Positions 46,809-55,486 of a stretch of 64,000 bases of DNA are shown piece after piece. Position numbers and translations under genes: made by a program. The DNA lies in contig SFFI01000010.1 in the NCBI GenBank assembly GCA_004556925.1, positions 8,512 to 72,511 on the forward strand. The letters are read 5' to 3'. The notes beneath the pieces were generated by a model, which worked only from the letters and a program-made list of their open reading frames with translations, had not been told where the DNA came from and did no database searches. The stretch's first letter is position 1, and each line of letters opens with the position of its first letter. The DNA is from Clostridiales bacterium. Its GTDB lineage: Bacteria; Bacillota; Clostridia; Saccharofermentanales; DTU023.

Positions 46809-47369
46809 TCACGCGCAAGCACGCTCATTTTGCTGTCCATCATACACCCTTCGGACTTCTTTACGCCTGCCCAAGATCAATAACCAAGAGGCCAGCATGG
46901 CGATAGCACCGCCCAGGGTGACGCACCATCTATAGTCCATAATCTCGCCCAAAAAACCAATCAACAAGGAAAATATACTTGCTCCTGACGTGATCAGAAC
47001 GCTATTAAAGGCGTTGACCCGTGCTCGAAGCTTTTCGGGGATATACCGTTGCACAGCGGCATTGCGCAGAATGGCGCTATTGCTACCAAGAAAACCGCAG
47101 ATCCCACGGTTGACCAGCATGAAAGGATAAGGCAGCCAGAGTAGGCACATATCCATGATTTCATACACTTGATAGACAAAAAATATGAACCCATATTTCT
47201 TTTTATCCGGGATTTTGATTCGGTATTGGAGAGCGCTTCCTATACTTCGCCCAAGGAACTCTACGACAGAAAAAGCGGAGTACATGCCTACAGTAAAGCC
47301 CGGAAAGGTGCGAAAAAAGGCCACTAATATGGGTGAAAAGCCTTGGGCAACTCCGTTCGTCACTGCCAT
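46809..47369 (-). pseudogene. MFS transporter, C-terminal six-TM half only (N-terminal half missing)
   Basis: The ORF begins in what reads as the central MFS loop (RKKRAPYSLQAWVGDIKEAAEYLKKERGL), followed by six TMs. Its upstream extension to 47537 overlaps the regulator gene end. No N-terminal six-TM half is present. Confidence 0.5.
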
Positions 47370-47469
47370 GTACTCGTAGATACTGCGTAGGCCACGCTCC
47401 TTTTTCAGATACTCTGCCGCTTCTTTTATATCTCCCACCCAGGCTTGCAGAGAATAAGGCGCACGTTTC

Positions 47470-48549
47470 TTACGCTTTCTTATATTGCCTGTTTGCCTTA
47501 GACCATTCGAGCACCCAAGGCAGGTGAAAAATGGCATAGCCAGCCGGCATGTTTTTTCGTAGCTGCATAAAAGTATCTAAGAGCAAGCTGCCATAGTCCT
47601 CTTGAGCCAGGTAATCTGAGTGGTCCAAGCGGTAACGCACGACTTGTAACAGCTGACCTGCCAAAGAGGGCTCCATCTGGTCGTTATCCATAACTTCTGC
47701 CTGCATTAAAGCCTGCAGGGCTTCCTCCCGGCGGCCTGTCTTCTCACAGCAGATGGCAAGTTTATGGAGGATCATCAAGGTGGGGTGCTGCTTAGAGAAC
47801 CAGGCGTAGGCATCCTCATAGCGCCCAATCTCAATCCAGGCCGAGGCGGTATTGTAGCCGATGGCTTGCAGGGCTCCCTCATCTTGTAAATCCTCAGCGA
47901 GTCGCTGTCCCACACGATAGTGCCGTTCCATATTGGGTAAATCTTGTAGGTTACAATAGGTGTTACCAAGGTGAAGCTTTGCTTTAAGCATAATCCTCAC
48001 TTTACCCTCGCGGCTAGCAAAGTTATAGGCCACCTGCAGGGTATCTATAGCCGCTGAATAATTCCCGGTTTTATACTCTGCAATACCCAGCATCAGGTAG
48101 GTGTAAGCGTCGGGCAGAAGTCGTACCGCTTCAGCCTCCTGGCCCTGTAAGATACGCTGCAAAGCCAGCTGACGTGTGTCCATACAGGACTCGAGTGCGG
48201 TCTCTAATGGCTTTTGGGACGTCAATAATGCCAAATCAAGCCAAGCAGGGACAGCCTCATAACGTTTAAGCTCTATGTCCTTTAGAAGCGCGTTTAGCTT
48301 AGCAAACCTACCCTCAAACAGCGCTTCCCAGCTTTGATCGGCGAGTTCAGCAGCCTCAGCTTCTATGGCCTTATCACTTTTCAAGCCCAGGCGTTCTAAC
48401 AGAAGCCGCAAAATATCTTCAGACGGCTCTGCCTTACCCGTCTCAATTTTTGACAAATAGGAAACGGTACAAATTCCTTTGCATAACTTTGCCTGACTCC
48501 AATGGCGTTGGATTCGAATGCGGTAAATGAGATAACCTTGGTAATTCAT
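47470..48549 (-). CDS. HTH regulator with TPR C-terminal domain (Rgg/PlcR/RNPP-like architecture)
   Basis: The HTH is IYRIRIQRHWSQAKLCKGICTVSYLSKIETGKAEPS, followed by TPR-like helices (..YKTGNYSAAIDTLQVAY.., ..IEIGRYEDAYAWF..). Confidence 0.7.
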   Translation of the reverse strand: MNYQGYLIYRIRIQRHWSQAKLCKGICTVSYLSKIETGKAEPSEDILRLLLERLGLKSDKAIEAEAAELADQSWEALFEGRFAKLNALLKDIELKRYEAVPAWLDLALLTSQKPLETALESCMDTRQLALQRILQGQEAEAVRLLPDAYTYLMLGIAEYKTGNYSAAIDTLQVAYNFASREGKVRIMLKAKLHLGNTYCNLQDLPNMERHYRVGQRLAEDLQDEGALQAIGYNTASAWIEIGRYEDAYAWFSKQHPTLMILHKLAICCEKTGRREEALQALMQAEVMDNDQMEPSLAGQLLQVVRYRLDHSDYLAQEDYGSLLLDTFMQLRKNMPAGYAIFHLPWVLEWSKANRQYKKA

Positions 48550-48713
48550 CTTTTTTCAACTCTCGAAAAATTTCTTAGGCCATTTCCCATGAAGCCTTGC
48601 CTTTTATGAATGGGCTATATTTTAGATGATGGGAAAAGACTTGTCTCCTAAGATAATACCATCCTTGCTTGGATTCACCTGCTATTTATAATCTAAATTA
48701 GTTGATCATTTGC

Positions 48714-48742
48714 TTGCGAATGTTTAACAATTGTCATACAAT
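48714..48742 (+). promoter_or_regulatory. sigma-A type promoter of the antitoxin-toxin operon with embedded palindrome
   Basis: TTGCGA, 17 nt, TACAAT. ACAATTGT lies inside the spacer. Confidence 0.55.
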
Positions 48743-48766
48743 TTCCTTATAAGGAGGCTTGTAAAT

Positions 48767-49051
48767 ATGGCTAAAACAGCAAACATCAATATCCGGATCG
48801 AACCTGCTGTCAAGCAAGATGCAGAAGACCTTTTTGCTAGCTTTGGTATTTCCGTTACCGATGCGATTAACATTTTTTTACGTACATCCATCATGGAAGG
48901 TGGCTTTCCTTTTGCCATTAAAAAGCCACGCTACAATGCTGAAACCTTGGCTGCTATGCAAGAAGCCCGTGACCTTATGTCTGGCAAAGTCCAAGGGCGG
49001 TCCTATAATTCGACTAAGGAATTATTTGAAGCTCTCAATGCAGAAGATTAA
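48767..49051 (+). CDS. dinJ: RelB/DinJ-family antitoxin
   Basis: The stretch NINIRIEPAVKQDAEDLFASFGISVTDAINIFLR reads as a ribbon-helix-helix N-terminus. AAGGAGG lies upstream. Confidence 0.85.
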   Translation: MAKTANINIRIEPAVKQDAEDLFASFGISVTDAINIFLRTSIMEGGFPFAIKKPRYNAETLAAMQEARDLMSGKVQGRSYNSTKELFEALNAED

Positions 49052-49056
49052 TTATT

Positions 49057-49335
49057 ATGCTTAAACTTCAAACGACAGCACAATTTCGTAAGGACTTTAA
49101 GCGTATCAAAAGGCGTGGTTTAGATCTTACTTTACTTCAGGATGTTCTTGATAAACTCTGTGCCCAGGAACCTCTGGGGGAAAGATATAAAGATCATGCT
49201 CTTTCAGGCCCTTATGTTGGCTTCAGAGAATGTCATATTCAGCCCGACTGGCTATTAATTTATTCTATAAATAGTAAGGAACTTATTCTGGTCGCTTCAC
49301 GTACAGGTAGTCACGCTGACCTATTCAACATGTAA
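49057..49335 (+). CDS. yafQ: YafQ-family type II toxin (mRNA interferase)
   Basis: FRKDFKRIKRRG..., KDHALSG, ECHIQPDWLLIY, RTGSHADLF. It starts 5 nt after the antitoxin stop. Confidence 0.85.
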   Translation: MLKLQTTAQFRKDFKRIKRRGLDLTLLQDVLDKLCAQEPLGERYKDHALSGPYVGFRECHIQPDWLLIYSINSKELILVASRTGSHADLFNM

Positions 49336-49355
49336 AGCACTCCAATAGAGAAACC

Positions 49356-50528
49356 ATGCATCCCACACTCAATCAACAAAGGATCTATAGAATCTACGCC
49401 CAGCTTATGGACTGGTTTAACCAGCAGAAGCGCGACTTGCCCTGGCGGACGCTGCCGCGTGAGGCTTATAAGGTTTGGATTTCTGAGATCATGCTCCAGC
49501 AAACTCAGGTGGAGACGGTGATTCCTTATTTTCAAGCTTGGATGGCTCAATGGCCCGCGGTACATGACTTAGCCCAAGCTTCTGAAGACCAGGTGCTTAA
49601 AGCCTGGGAGGGCCTAGGTTACTATGCCAGGGCTAGAAATATCCTCAAAACGGCCCAGCTAATTGCCAAGGATTACCAGGGCTGTATGCCCGAGACCTAT
49701 GAAGAACTTATCAAGCTGCCAGGTATCGGCCCTTATACCGCTGCGGCCATCGCTTCTTATACCTCTGGCCAAGCGGTCGGGGCTGTGGATGCCAATGTTT
49801 TGAGAGTTTTAAGTCGCCTGAACCAGATAGAGTGGACCGCAGGGGATCCCAAGTCTCTTAAGGACTGCCAACATGCCCTCAGTTCGGCCATGGAAGATCT
49901 ACGCAATAATCAGCCTGCTGAAGGGCCAAACTTCCAGGCCGGACCCCTCAATGAAGCCCTGATAGAGCTGGGGGCCTTAATCTGCCAAGCGAAAACCGCC
50001 TCTTGCCTGCTATGCCCACTTAAGAATGACTGCCTGGCCTGGGCCAATGATCGTATTTATGATTTCCCCCTGCCTAAAGAAAAAGTCTTTAAAAAGGATG
50101 TCTCCTACAGTTTGCTTATTCTCTATCGCCAGGACCTGCAAAGCTTTGCAGTAGAGCAAAGGTCCGTGGATGGCCTTTTGGGTGGGCTCTGGCAATTTCC
50201 CCTCCTGGAGGGTTTGCAAGAGCCAGAGGACTTGCGCAGGTCCCTAGAAGACCAAGGTTATCAGCTTGTTTCTCTCCGCAAGATGGCGGGTTACCGCCAT
50301 GTCTTTACTCATCTCATTTGGAATTTAGAACCCTATCTTGTGGTTTTAACAGGCAGGGAAGAGGAGGATGCACCTGGTTCGCCAGCCTGTGTCGTCAAAG
50401 AGAACACAGGCCAAGTCCAATGGGTTTCAGAAAAAAGCCTGATGGACCTGCCCTTTTCGTCCTCTATGACCCGTTTGAGAGATTGGGTTATTAATCAAGA
50501 CCTTACTAACGGCGCGTCCGCAAAATAG
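49356..50528 (+). CDS. mutY: A/G-specific adenine DNA glycosylase
   Basis: HhH LPGIGPYTAAAI; Fe-S loop C-x6-C-x2-C-x5-C (CQAKTASCLLCPLKNDC); C-terminal NUDIX-like domain. Confidence 0.9.
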   Translation: MHPTLNQQRIYRIYAQLMDWFNQQKRDLPWRTLPREAYKVWISEIMLQQTQVETVIPYFQAWMAQWPAVHDLAQASEDQVLKAWEGLGYYARARNILKTAQLIAKDYQGCMPETYEELIKLPGIGPYTAAAIASYTSGQAVGAVDANVLRVLSRLNQIEWTAGDPKSLKDCQHALSSAMEDLRNNQPAEGPNFQAGPLNEALIELGALICQAKTASCLLCPLKNDCLAWANDRIYDFPLPKEKVFKKDVSYSLLILYRQDLQSFAVEQRSVDGLLGGLWQFPLLEGLQEPEDLRRSLEDQGYQLVSLRKMAGYRHVFTHLIWNLEPYLVVLTGREEEDAPGSPACVVKENTGQVQWVSEKSLMDLPFSSSMTRLRDWVINQDLTNGASAK

Positions 50529-50577
50529 CGTAGCAAGCCGAAAAATGAGGAGCAAGTTATTTTTATTAACTACTCAC

Positions 50578-51453
50578 TTAAAGGTCAGATGCGCGGGGGT
50601 ATTTTTCGGTATCGAAGGTGTTAAACTCGGAGAGGTCTCCGGCTTCATAGCCTTTTTGAAACCAGCGTACGCGTTGCTCACTACTGCCATGGGTAAAGCT
50701 TTCTGGCTGGACATAACCTGCTTTTTGCTCTTGGATGGCATCGTCGCCAATAACCCAGGCTGCAGATATGGCTTCCTCAATATCGCCTTTTTCCAGATAG
50801 CCTGCATCCTCTTGATAACGGGCCACAACGCCAGCCAGATAGTCGGCCTGGAGTTCCAGTCTGACGGACAAGTCATTGGCAGCTTGGGAGGAGCTACTGC
50901 GCTGGGCCTTGTGCACTTGGTCGAGAATGCCCAGCTCATTCTGAACATGGTGGCCGACTTCGTGTGAGATCACGTAACTCAGGATAAAGTCGCCTTCGTC
51001 AGCCCCGAAATCTTCAATCAGAGACCGATAAAAAGCAAGATCCATATAAATACTGCGGTCAAGACTACAATAGAAGGGCCCCATACCGGCTGAAGCTATC
51101 CCACAGCCAGATTCCGTATTCTCCTGAAAAATCAGTAATTGAGGTTCCTGATAGGTATAACCTTCTTTGGCCAGGAGCGCATGCCAGGTATCCTCTGTAT
51201 CAGCCAGAACAACCGCGCTATACTCGTAGCGTTCCTGCTCTTCCGCACTCAGCTGCAACTCCTGCGTCTCGACTGTCCCGGGCTGAATTGCACCTCCGTT
51301 TAAGGCAACATCAATTGCAGTAGAAGGGTTTCTAGTAATCAGAAAGGCGATTAAGCCCAGGATTAGGCCAACGCTACCAAAGGCCACTCCTCCTCGGACA
51401 CCTCGGCCGCCACTTTGCATATTGCTACTTTGTCTTCTGCCTTGCCAACGCAT
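50578..51453 (-). CDS. neutral zinc metallopeptidase (YpfJ family)
   Basis: MRWQGRRQSSN N-terminus, one TM, HEVGHHVQ zinc motif. Confidence 0.8.
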   Translation of the reverse strand: MRWQGRRQSSNMQSGGRGVRGGVAFGSVGLILGLIAFLITRNPSTAIDVALNGGAIQPGTVETQELQLSAEEQERYEYSAVVLADTEDTWHALLAKEGYTYQEPQLLIFQENTESGCGIASAGMGPFYCSLDRSIYMDLAFYRSLIEDFGADEGDFILSYVISHEVGHHVQNELGILDQVHKAQRSSSSQAANDLSVRLELQADYLAGVVARYQEDAGYLEKGDIEEAISAAWVIGDDAIQEQKAGYVQPESFTHGSSEQRVRWFQKGYEAGDLSEFNTFDTEKYPRASDL

Positions 51454-51569
51454 CTCATCTCGCTCCTTTTTTTCTTTTAATTATAGAGCATAAAAAGACG
51501 ACTGCGCATAGGATGCGATCGTCAATGTTGCGATCCATATCGACCATATAAAATCAACAAGCGATTTCA

Positions 51570-52130
51570 TTACAGTTTTTTCATCATCCATATCCCGTCC
51601 GTATAACTTCCGGCACTTGATTTTATGAAATTGGGGAAACGTCCATATGTCTCAAAGCCCAACTTGTTATAAAGGGAAATGGCAGATGAATTCGTAGAGA
51701 CCACATCCAACTCAGCCTGCTCGTATCCTACTTTCTTTGCTATCTCTAGCACTGTTTTCAAGAGAATCTCACCAATTCCATTGCCCCAGTACTCCTGATA
51801 TAAAGCGATTGCTACATTGCAACGGTGTCTGAGTTTTCTATAGCTGCCTTTACTCATTAAGGAACAATTACCGACTAATTTGCCATTATAGGTAGCAATC
51901 AGAAACAGATCGCGTTCGGCCTCTATCTGACTTTGAATAAATTTAATTTCCTGATCACGCGTAAGCTTCACTTCGTCTGGTTCCCGCAACAAAAACGGTG
52001 TTTCTGCTGATGTTTTTCTTAGATACTCCAGCAGCATATCTGCATCTTCAGGCTCTGCATTTCGCAATACTAATGTTCTGCCAAGTTTATCTGTGGTTTC
52101 AATCGGTCCAAACTTCACAATAGACTCCAT
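51570..52130 (-). CDS. GNAT family N-acetyltransferase
   Basis: QEYWGNGIG acetyl-CoA binding loop (Q/RxxGxG type); 186 aa. Confidence 0.8.
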   Translation of the reverse strand: MESIVKFGPIETTDKLGRTLVLRNAEPEDADMLLEYLRKTSAETPFLLREPDEVKLTRDQEIKFIQSQIEAERDLFLIATYNGKLVGNCSLMSKGSYRKLRHRCNVAIALYQEYWGNGIGEILLKTVLEIAKKVGYEQAELDVVSTNSSAISLYNKLGFETYGRFPNFIKSSAGSYTDGIWMMKKL

Positions 52131-52388
52131 TCTAACTATTAGAATAGTTCTTCTAGTTCTTCTCTGTCAAAAATGATTATATCTTAAATTCGTTGAAGTC
52201 TCATATTCCGTAATACTGGGTTATGACCCGATAAGTAATACATTCAACGTTTTTGCATCTTGCTTTGTGTCACAGATGACTTTCTGCTTAAATTTGACAA
52301 GTGTGTTTCTTATTTTTCTTTGCGTGGTGTTGATATTGTCTTTACATTTAGCGATAATCTAATCCAATAAATGAAAGAAGTAAATTAA

Positions 52389-52649
52389 ATGGCAACGACT
52401 AATATTAACGTGCGAGTCGATTCTTCGCTAAAAAAAGAGGCTGAAAGTCTGTTTAATGATTTGGGTCTGAACATGTCCTCGGCTATCACTTTATTCCTCA
52501 AAAGTGCTGTTAGCTCTGACGGAATTCCCTTTGAGGTCAAACGCAGAAAGCCTAACCCGGAAACCCTTGCGGCTTTGGCAGAATACGAAGCGATGAAAAA
52601 TAATCTTGATGAGTATAAACGCTACGACTCCTTTGATCTACAGAATTGA
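52389..52649 (+). CDS. RelB/DinJ-family antitoxin (orphan)
   Basis: NINVRVDSSLKKEAESLFNDLGLNMSSAITLFLK parallels the antitoxin at 48767. Confidence 0.8.
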   Translation: MATTNINVRVDSSLKKEAESLFNDLGLNMSSAITLFLKSAVSSDGIPFEVKRRKPNPETLAALAEYEAMKNNLDEYKRYDSFDLQN

Positions 52650-52653
52650 GAGC

Positions 52654-52707
52654 AATGAACTTGCACTTTTTCTTTTTCGGACAGGTTCTCATTCGGATCT
52701 TTTCTGA
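52654..52707 (+). pseudogene. YafQ toxin remnant (last 17 codons only)
   Basis: It translates to NELALFLFRTGSHSDLF*, matching the C-terminus KELILVASRTGSHADLF of the intact toxin at 49057-49335. The rest of the gene is absent. Confidence 0.7.
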
Positions 52708-52880
52708 TAAGTTTTCCCATTAACAGCAGTTGTTGCATTATTTACAACATCTGAATCCTTCATAAGTTCGTCTTCATTGAAAATGTTCTTGATATTCTTA
52801 GAAATTGTTGATTTGTCTCTTTGGAATAATTCAGATGCGCATAAAAGGTTGGCAAAGTGCTGAATTGGTGGACTTGCCAA
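52689..52880 (-). pseudogene. RhuM-family gene fragment
   Basis: SELFQRDKSTISKNIKNIFNEDEL matches my memory of the RhuM N-terminal block (AELFQRDRTVITRHINNVFKEGEL). Only about 45 homologous codons remain, and both ends run into unrelated sequence. Confidence 0.6.
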
Positions 52881-52954
52881 TCAAAATCTCCTGCTAAGTC
52901 AGCTCAGCAAGCCGGAAAAAGGTTGGCAAAGTGCTGATTTGGCGGATTTGCCAA
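52843..52954. repeat. two copies of a ~38-bp palindromic unit related to the 128-bp repeat core
   Basis: AAAAGGTTGGCAAAGTGCTGAaTTGGtGGAcTTGCCAA occurs at 52843-52880 and 52916-52954. It shares TTGG..GCAAAGTGCT...GATTTGCC..CAA with the reverse complement of the 37-kb unit. The second copy is nested in the outer inverted repeat AGCAAGCCGG (52906-52915) / CCGGCTTGCT (52964-52973). Confidence 0.75.
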
Positions 52955-53149
52955 CAGCCCATACCGGCTTGCTCTATTTCGCCGGCTTTTCAGTCCAACT
53001 TTTAGGGGTCACCCCCGGCAGAGCTTGTCTAAGAAAGAAGTTAAAGAATGGCAATTACAAATTTGAACACTATTTTGGACTTAGCAAGTGTGTTTCTTAT
53101 GCTTAAGCTTGTTATTTCGCAATTATCCTAACTGGTACACGCTTAGCCC

Positions 53150-53189
53150 AATAGAAATAGGACAGAGAATTGTATTCGTTTCTCTGTCC
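53150..53189 (-). terminator. intrinsic terminator after the tRNA pair
   Basis: GGACAGAGA-12 nt-TCTCTGTCC; on the minus strand it is followed by TATTTCTATT. Confidence 0.65.
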
Positions 53190-53194
53190 TTAAA

Positions 53195-53269
<75 letters not shown>

Positions 53270-53306
53270 CTATATGAGAATGACCGCTACAAAGAGCGGT
53301 CATTCA

Positions 53307-53381
53307 TGGAGCGGGATACGAGATTCGAACTCGCGACTTTCACCTTGGCAAGGTGACACTCTACCACTGAGTTAATCCCGC
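53307..53381 (-). tRNA. tRNA-Gly (GCC)
   Basis: The reverse complement reads GCGGGATTAACTCAGTGGTAGAGTGTCACCTTGCCAAGGTGAAAGTCGCGAGTTCGAATCTCGTATCCCGCTCCA. Confidence 0.95.
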
Positions 53382-53445
53382 GCAAGCGCTCATTTTTGAG
53401 TGCTTGTGTATGGTATCAAGCTTTTAGGAAACTGTCAAGCAAAAA

Positions 53446-54069
53446 TTATTTTTCCTGGAGGAGCTTGCTGGCAACGGGAATGAGGAGGCCTCCGACAGCG
53501 TTACCCAGGGTGTTAACTAGGATGAATAGAAGGGCCTGGCCAGACCACATACCCGCAATGGAGATATAGAACATATTGGCTACGCAGTGCTCAAAGCCCG
53601 CAAGGATGAACACGCAAACACCAAAGAAGAGGGCTAGGTATTTGCCGATTGCGTTGGGATTGTTCTTGAAGCCGTCTACCGCAATAAAAATGAGAATATT
53701 GCAGAAGATAGAGAGTATGAAGATGGAAAAGAGAGTGTCTCCCAGTTTAACCTCACACATGCCTTGGGCTTTCGTAGCTAGGGCAGGGGCAAGTCGGGTG
53801 GCTTTTAGGGCCAGGGCAAAGATCCAGGTGCCAAGGAGGTTGCCCAGCCAAATGAGGGTGAGATCTCCCAGATAGCTACGGGGCTGGTCCAGGCTGTAGC
53901 ACACCTTGCCGGTAAAAAGGTTGTAGCCCCGAGTGCAGATGACAAAGAGGCCCACCGTAAAGAAGAGGGAGCCTACGACCTTGTTGTCTAGGGCCAGGAA
54001 GACGGTGCCTCCCAAGGCGATGCAAATGCCGGCGATAATGCCTTTAACGAAAGTTGTGAGATTATTCAT
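53446..54069 (-). CDS. formate/nitrite transporter (FNT) family protein, short form
   Basis: Six TMs, a GFEHCVANMF motif and an N-terminal block GIIAGICIALGG. Confidence 0.6.
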   Translation of the reverse strand: MNNLTTFVKGIIAGICIALGGTVFLALDNKVVGSLFFTVGLFVICTRGYNLFTGKVCYSLDQPRSYLGDLTLIWLGNLLGTWIFALALKATRLAPALATKAQGMCEVKLGDTLFSIFILSIFCNILIFIAVDGFKNNPNAIGKYLALFFGVCVFILAGFEHCVANMFYISIAGMWSGQALLFILVNTLGNAVGGLLIPVASKLLQEK

Positions 54070-54330
54070 ACAGTCACCTCAATGCGAGAAAATTTCCACT
54101 AGCCAGATGATAAACCTAAAGGGGAGAGGGGGCAAATGCTTATATGCAAGCAGTCCTGCCCGATCTTGTTCTGCCCTTATTTTAAGTTTGGTATATAATG
54201 CGTGGTTATTACGAGGAGAGAGGATGGGCTCTCGTTCATCCAAGATTCGAGGTGATTCTTATGAAGGAAGCAAGATGCGCAAGGCAAGCGGGACAAAAGT
54301 CCCAGGCAAGGCCTCCCCTTATAGGCCAAG

Positions 54331-54359
54331 ATCTCAAATTCTTAGCCCCATACTTTCAA
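54331..54359 (-). promoter_or_regulatory. candidate promoter for the FNT gene, giving a ~255-nt leader
   Basis: On the minus strand: TTGAAA, 17 nt, TGAGAT. Confidence 0.3.
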
Positions 54360-54373
54360 TTGCGTCTCATGAG

Positions 54374-54405
54374 AAAAGGATCCGCTCAATCGAGCGGATC
54401 CTTTT
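54374..54405 (-). terminator. intrinsic terminator after the PPIase gene (palindromic, potentially bidirectional)
   Basis: AAAAGGATCCGCTC-aatc-GAGCGGATCCTTTT. Confidence 0.8.
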
Positions 54406-54439
54406 GATAGCGCAAGGTCTTGCCTCGATTCGCTTTGGC

Positions 54440-55294
54440 TTACTGGGCCTCAATTAAGAAGTAGACCACCTGCATATGGGGAGGATCAAGGGGCCGGTCG
54501 TTTCCGTCTTTGTCCAGCTTAGCGATCCGGTCAACCTCTTCCATGCCGGAAAGAACCTCACCAAAAGCGGCATAAGACCCGTCCAAGAAAGTGCTGTCCG
54601 CATTGCAGATGAAGAACTGGGAACTTGCAGAGTTGGGATCTTGGGCACGGGCCATGGAGAGAACGCCTCTCTTATGGGAGAGGGGGTTGTCCACACCATT
54701 AGCGGAAAATTCACCTTTGATGTTTTCTTTAGAGCCGCCACGTCCGGTGCCCTCTGGATCGCCGCCCTGGATCATGAAACCATCTATCACACGGTGGAAG
54801 ATCAGCTTGTCGTAAAAACCTTGGCCTACCAGCTTTTGAAAATTGGCCACGCTTTCCGGGGCTGCATCAGGCCTTAGTTTTAGGACGATATCGGCACCGC
54901 TGTCCATATGGATGCATACAAGGTCTGTGGCGGTTTCAGCTAGCTGGTAGCCAGCGGGAGGGGTTATCTCGCCTAGGTTGGGGTTTTGGGATACTTGATC
55001 GGAAGTCATATTTGTGTCCTCACTTTGTTCTGTATTGGGGTCAGAGGTAGGCTTTTCCTGGCTTGCCTCTGGGGGATTTTCTGTATCCTGGCTGGGCTTC
55101 GTGCTACTTGGAGCGCTTGTGACTTGGTTAGCTTGGCTTTGATCGGTAGCCAGGGGACGAATAGTGATTTGCTGGGAGCAAGCAGTCAGGCCGATGCCCA
55201 AAAGCAATACGAGGCAAACCATACTAATCCCACTCAAGATTGCTATTGTCCTTGTTATGCTCGGATGCTTGATCCATTGGCTTGGTTTGAACAT
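54440..55294 (-). CDS. cyclophilin-type peptidyl-prolyl isomerase lipoprotein
   Basis: Lipobox LLLGIGLTAC, S/T/P/Q-rich linker, cyclophilin blocks FHRVIDGFMIQGGDP and SQFFIC. Confidence 0.85.
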   Translation of the reverse strand: MFKPSQWIKHPSITRTIAILSGISMVCLVLLLGIGLTACSQQITIRPLATDQSQANQVTSAPSSTKPSQDTENPPEASQEKPTSDPNTEQSEDTNMTSDQVSQNPNLGEITPPAGYQLAETATDLVCIHMDSGADIVLKLRPDAAPESVANFQKLVGQGFYDKLIFHRVIDGFMIQGGDPEGTGRGGSKENIKGEFSANGVDNPLSHKRGVLSMARAQDPNSASSQFFICNADSTFLDGSYAAFGEVLSGMEEVDRIAKLDKDGNDRPLDPPHMQVVYFLIEAQ

Positions 55295-55486
55295 ATATTG
55301 TAGTTGTTACTCCTTGTTTACACCGAATAGCTACGCGTGGAGTTGGTGTTATTCGGTCAGTTCACTCATCATAACAAAAAGCCCGCTAAAGTGGGACGGG
55401 AGGTAGATTATCTGCAAACTTGTAAGAAAATCTGGAAAGTTGAAAGTAGCTTGGGCCTTTGGCCCTTTTGCCGCCTACCTTAACCC

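Noticed and set aside
53933-54457. A 174-aa ORF and the nested 69-aa ORF (54198-54407) in the FNT leader region.
   Set aside because: The first overlaps the FNT gene start antisense and runs through the bidirectional terminator. Its Arg/Ser/Pro-rich composition is typical of an out-of-frame read. No ribosome-binding site is present.
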